This document shows, piece after piece, positions 61,315-64,000 of a stretch of 64,000 bases of DNA. Origin of the DNA: an uncultured Bacteroides sp. (GTDB lineage Bacteria; Bacteroidota; Bacteroidia; Cytophagales; Cyclobacteriaceae); contig CABHOV010000037.1 in assembly GCA_902168185.1 (NCBI GenBank), positions 12,930 through 76,929 on the forward strand. Reading direction: 5' to 3'. Each line of letters starts with the position of its first letter. Within the stretch, counting starts at the first letter, position 1. The notes below the pieces were generated by a model. That model was not told the DNA's origin. It searched no databases and was given only the letters and a program-made list of their open reading frames with translations. The position numbers were made by a program, and so were the translations under genes.

Positions 61315-64000
61315 ATGAGTTATCGTTATTTTGTATGGATATGTCTATTGTTGATTTACAAAGTTGGATTCTCTCAAAACCAAAAACTCACGTTTACACA
61401 CCTGAATACATCGCATGGTCTCTCACAAGATCACGTCAATGCAATCCTGAAAGATCATAAGGGATTTATGTGGTTTGCTACCGATGAAGGTATTAACAAA
61501 TATGATGGTTATACCTTTTCAACCTATCGGCATGATCCTTCGATCGCTACCACCATCAGTAATAATTATGTATATGATATCATCGAGGATGAAAATAATA
61601 CAATGTGGGTCGCCACAGGAAGCGGGCTTGATAAATTCGATCGAAGCAAAGATATATTTACGCGCTTTAGTCCTTCTACCGCAACGCTCTCTGTGCGGGA
61701 TATACTCCTGGATAAAAAGAAAATCATTTGGCTCGGTACAACGGACGGGCTATATCGTTTTGATAAAAGTAACGGGAATTTTAAACTCTACCAGCATGAC
61801 GAGCAGGATCCGCATAGCCTGAGCAACAACTACATCTACCGCATCACCCAAGACTTAAAGGGTAACCTTTGGATTGCCACAAAAGAAGGACTTAACCGGT
61901 TTGATCCTGATCAGGGAAAATTCGAACGCTATATGCATAATCCAAAGGACATGAACAGCATTGGCGCGAACTGGATAAAAAGTGTATACACGGACTCGAA
62001 CGGGGATGTATGGGCAGGATCACAAGGGGGTGGTATATCTTTGTTTAATCCGGGATTTAATTACTTTACAAACTTCAGGCATGACCCCACAGACCCGACT
62101 ACCATCGGGTATAATGATATACTCTCTTTTGCCGAAGATAACCGGGGAAGACTATGGATCGGTACTGAGAATGGTGGCATTAGTATTTTAGATGAAAAGA
62201 ACTTTACGTTCACAACGTACCGGTATGATCTTCTCGATGAAACCAGCCTTAGCAACAATTCGGTCTATAGCCTATATAAAGATGACATCGGGAACATGTG
62301 GGTGGGCACCTGGTCCGGTGGTATTAATTTCATTGCGCGGTATGGAAAGAAGTTTGATCTATATAAACAACTACCAAATCAAAAGAATAGTCTCAGTAAT
62401 AACATTGTCTTATCTGTTACCCATGACATCAACGGCAATGTATGGATTGGTACGGATGGTGGCGGGCTTAATCGCATAGACCGAAAAACCAAGGTTGTTT
62501 CACATTATCGTCATGATCCACAGAATACCAATAGCCCGGCCAGCGATTATGTATTATCAGTGGTTGAAGCCATGCCTGGTATATTAGCCCTCGCATATCA
62601 TCGGGGAGGCTTCGATCTGTTCAATACTCGCACAGGGAAATTCACACATCATATGCCCGAAGAAGGCAATCCCCGGAGCCTTTCTACAACCTCTATCACC
62701 ATCGTATATAAAGACCGAGATTCAACCTTATGGATTGGCAGCTGGGGTGGCGGTGTTGGTATATATCATCCGGAGAAAAAAGAGTTTACATGGTATCAGC
62801 AAAAGGCTCATGACCAGAGCAGTCTCACGGATAATTTTATTCATTGTATAGGAGAAGACAAGAGTGGAAATTTATGGGTTGGTACAAACTCGGGATTGAA
62901 CCGGCTTAACAAGGCAACCGGAAAGATCACGCACTTTACCAATAACAAATCGGACTCCACGAGTCTGGCGCATGATGTTGTAGAGACAATCCTAAAAGAT
63001 CATTCAGGAAATTTATGGTTCGGCACTGCAGGAGGCCTAAGCCTATATCATCCGGAGACACAAAGTTTCACATCCTATACGGAACGCGATGGTCTCCCGA
63101 ATGATATGATACGAAGTATTCTGGAAGATCAGCATGGGAATTTATGGATCAGTTCTAATAAAGGAATTTCCAGATTCAACCCCAAGACCAGGCGTATACG
63201 AAACTATAGCAGTGCTGATGGCCTGCAAGGAAGCGAGTTCAAATCACATGCATGCTATAAAGCAAGCGATGGAGAAATGTTCTTCGGTGGACCGAATGGC
63301 CTTAACGCGTTTTATCCCGACAGTCTCAAAGACAACACCTTTATTCCACCTATATACTTTACAGGTTTTCAAATCTTCAACAAGTCAATTTCCATTCACA
63401 ATAACGACTCTATTCTTCACGAGCATATCCATGTGGCGAAGGAGATTACACTCTCGCACGATCAATCTGTTTTCACCCTGGAATTTGCCGCACTCAATTA
63501 TACCCTACCGGAAAAAAATCAATACGCTTATAAGCTCGATGGATTTGATAAAGAGTGGAACTACGTTGGTAATAAACGAACCGCCACCTATACTAACCTC
63601 GATCCGGGCAGGTATATATTTCATGTAAAGGGTTCCAATAATGATGGGCTTTGGAATGAACAAGGCACCAGCATTGCAATCATTATTACACCGCCATTCT
63701 GGCTCACATGGTGGTTCAAGCTATTGGGTGTCCTTCTTGTTGCAGGTGCTATATTTCTATTTATCAGAATTCGCATCCGTGCTATTGACAATAAAAAGAT
63801 AGAGCTTGAAAGATTAGTAAAATGGCACACGGCTGAAGCGATCGAACAAAAAGAAGTGCTGGAAGCCCAAGCCGAAAATATGCAGACGCTAAACGAACAG
63901 CTTCAGTCGCAAACGGATTTTCTACAATCGATCAATGACGAAATCCAGCAGCAACGCGAAGAAGCCGAAGCCGCGCGTCTCGAAGCAGAACGTGCGAACC
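61315..64000 (+). CDS. Beta-propeller / Y_Y_Y two-component sensor (probable histidine kinase or hybrid system); 3' end beyond the window
   Basis: Absent from the ORF track because it has no stop in the window. My translation from the ATG at 61315 gives MSYRYFVWICLLLIYKVGFSQNQKLTFTHLNTSHGLSQDHVNAILKDHKGFMWFATDEGINKYDG... It continues through many propeller repeats, a Y_Y_Y module (YAYKLDGFDKEWNYVGNKRTATYTNLDPGRYIFHVKG), a TM helix (WWFKLLGVLLVAGAIFLFI) and a coiled coil ending ..EAARLEAERAN, as usually precedes a HisKA H-box. Confidence 0.8.
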   Translation, partial: MSYRYFVWICLLLIYKVGFSQNQKLTFTHLNTSHGLSQDHVNAILKDHKGFMWFATDEGINKYDGYTFSTYRHDPSIATTISNNYVYDIIEDENNTMWVATGSGLDKFDRSKDIFTRFSPSTATLSVRDILLDKKKIIWLGTTDGLYRFDKSNGNFKLYQHDEQDPHSLSNNYIYRITQDLKGNLWIATKEGLNRFDPDQGKFERYMHNPKDMNSIGANWIKSVYTDSNGDVWAGSQGGGISLFNPGFNYFTNFRHDPTDPTTIGYNDILSFAEDNRGRLWIGTENGGISILDEKNFTFTTYRYDLLDETSLSNNSVYSLYKDDIGNMWVGTWSGGINFIARYGKKFDLYKQLPNQKNSLSNNIVLSVTHDINGNVWIGTDGGGLNRIDRKTKVVSHYRHDPQNTNSPASDYVLSVVEAMPGILALAYHRGGFDLFNTRTGKFTHHMPEEGNPRSLSTTSITIVYKDRDSTLWIGSWGGGVGIYHPEKKEFTWYQQKAHDQSSLTDNFIHCIGEDKSGNLWVGTNSGLNRLNKATGKITHFTNNKSDSTSLAHDVVETILKDHSGNLWFGTAGGLSLYHPETQSFTSYTERDGLPNDMIRSILEDQHGNLWISSNKGISRFNPKTRRIRNYSSADGLQGSEFKSHACYKASDGEMFFGGPNGLNAFYPDSLKDNTFIPPIYFTGFQIFNKSISIHNNDSILHEHIHVAKEITLSHDQSVFTLEFAALNYTLPEKNQYAYKLDGFDKEWNYVGNKRTATYTNLDPGRYIFHVKGSNNDGLWNEQGTSIAIIITPPFWLTWWFKLLGVLLVAGAIFLFIRIRIRAIDNKKIELERLVKWHTAEAIEQKEVLEAQAENMQTLNEQLQSQTDFLQSINDEIQQQREEAEAARLEAERAN

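Noticed and set aside
61475-63628. Plus-strand track ORFs 61475-61822, 61982-62191, 62192-62479 and 63134-63628
   Set aside because: They are off-frame relative to the long open frame starting at 61315, which encodes clear propeller/Y_Y_Y repeats. That frame is missing from the track only because it has no stop in the window.
1-64000. Search for CRISPR arrays, tRNA/rRNA genes, IS elements, integrases, phage genes and classical defence or toxin-antitoxin modules
   Set aside because: I saw no regularly spaced direct repeats. No cloverleaf-like sequences occur in the larger intergenic regions (2373-2652, 19325-19653, 22402-22822, 36650-37055, 60833-61314). I found no DDE, tyrosine- or serine-recombinase motifs. 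The MarR-GNAT fusion lacks the small antitoxin partner expected for GNAT toxins.

Overview
This 64-kb window looks like a Bacteroidota-type chromosome segment. That assignment is an inference from gene content: Y_Y_Y/beta-propeller sensors, double-FtsX permeases, a GH57+GT4 pair, AT-rich leaders without Shine-Dalgarno sequences, and TAnnTTTG-like -7 boxes. I count about 56 protein-coding genes. I recognised no rRNA, tRNA, CRISPR array, transposase or integrase. Signal transduction dominates: 9 histidine-kinase-type proteins, 5 receiver-containing proteins, an Hpt protein, stand-alone GAF proteins and several 'output-less' sensors. The rest is carbohydrate genes (GH57, GT4, TreZ, GH13 alpha-glucosidase, GH36 alpha-galactosidase), redox/stress genes (OsmC, quinone oxidoreductase, AKR, ADH) and transporters. 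Five things stand out. (1) At 12.0-19.3 kb, six small SpoIIAA/STAS-like paralogs are interleaved on one strand with two paralogous TM-HAMP-GAF-coiled-coil proteins that have no enzymatic output. A DHp-only membrane protein follows them. I regard this as the best candidate for an uncharacterised signalling module. (2) At 10.3-12.2 kb there is a mosaic duplication scar with reciprocal decay of a STAS-like/DHp gene pair, plus an inserted copy of a promoter-bearing fragment from 7.2-7.7 kb. (3) At 27.0-36.6 kb there is a seven-gene minus-strand phosphorelay operon, and its three internal intergenic regions each carry a TGATTTT-N2-4-AAAATCA palindrome next to a LuxR-type regulator gene. (4) A sigma-54-dependent two-component pair is flanked by two giant FtsX permease genes, one of which has a good -24/-12 motif. 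(5) Two sensor genes contain internal tandem module duplications (168 bp x2 and 363 bp x2). All functional calls come from motif recognition by eye; no database search was run.
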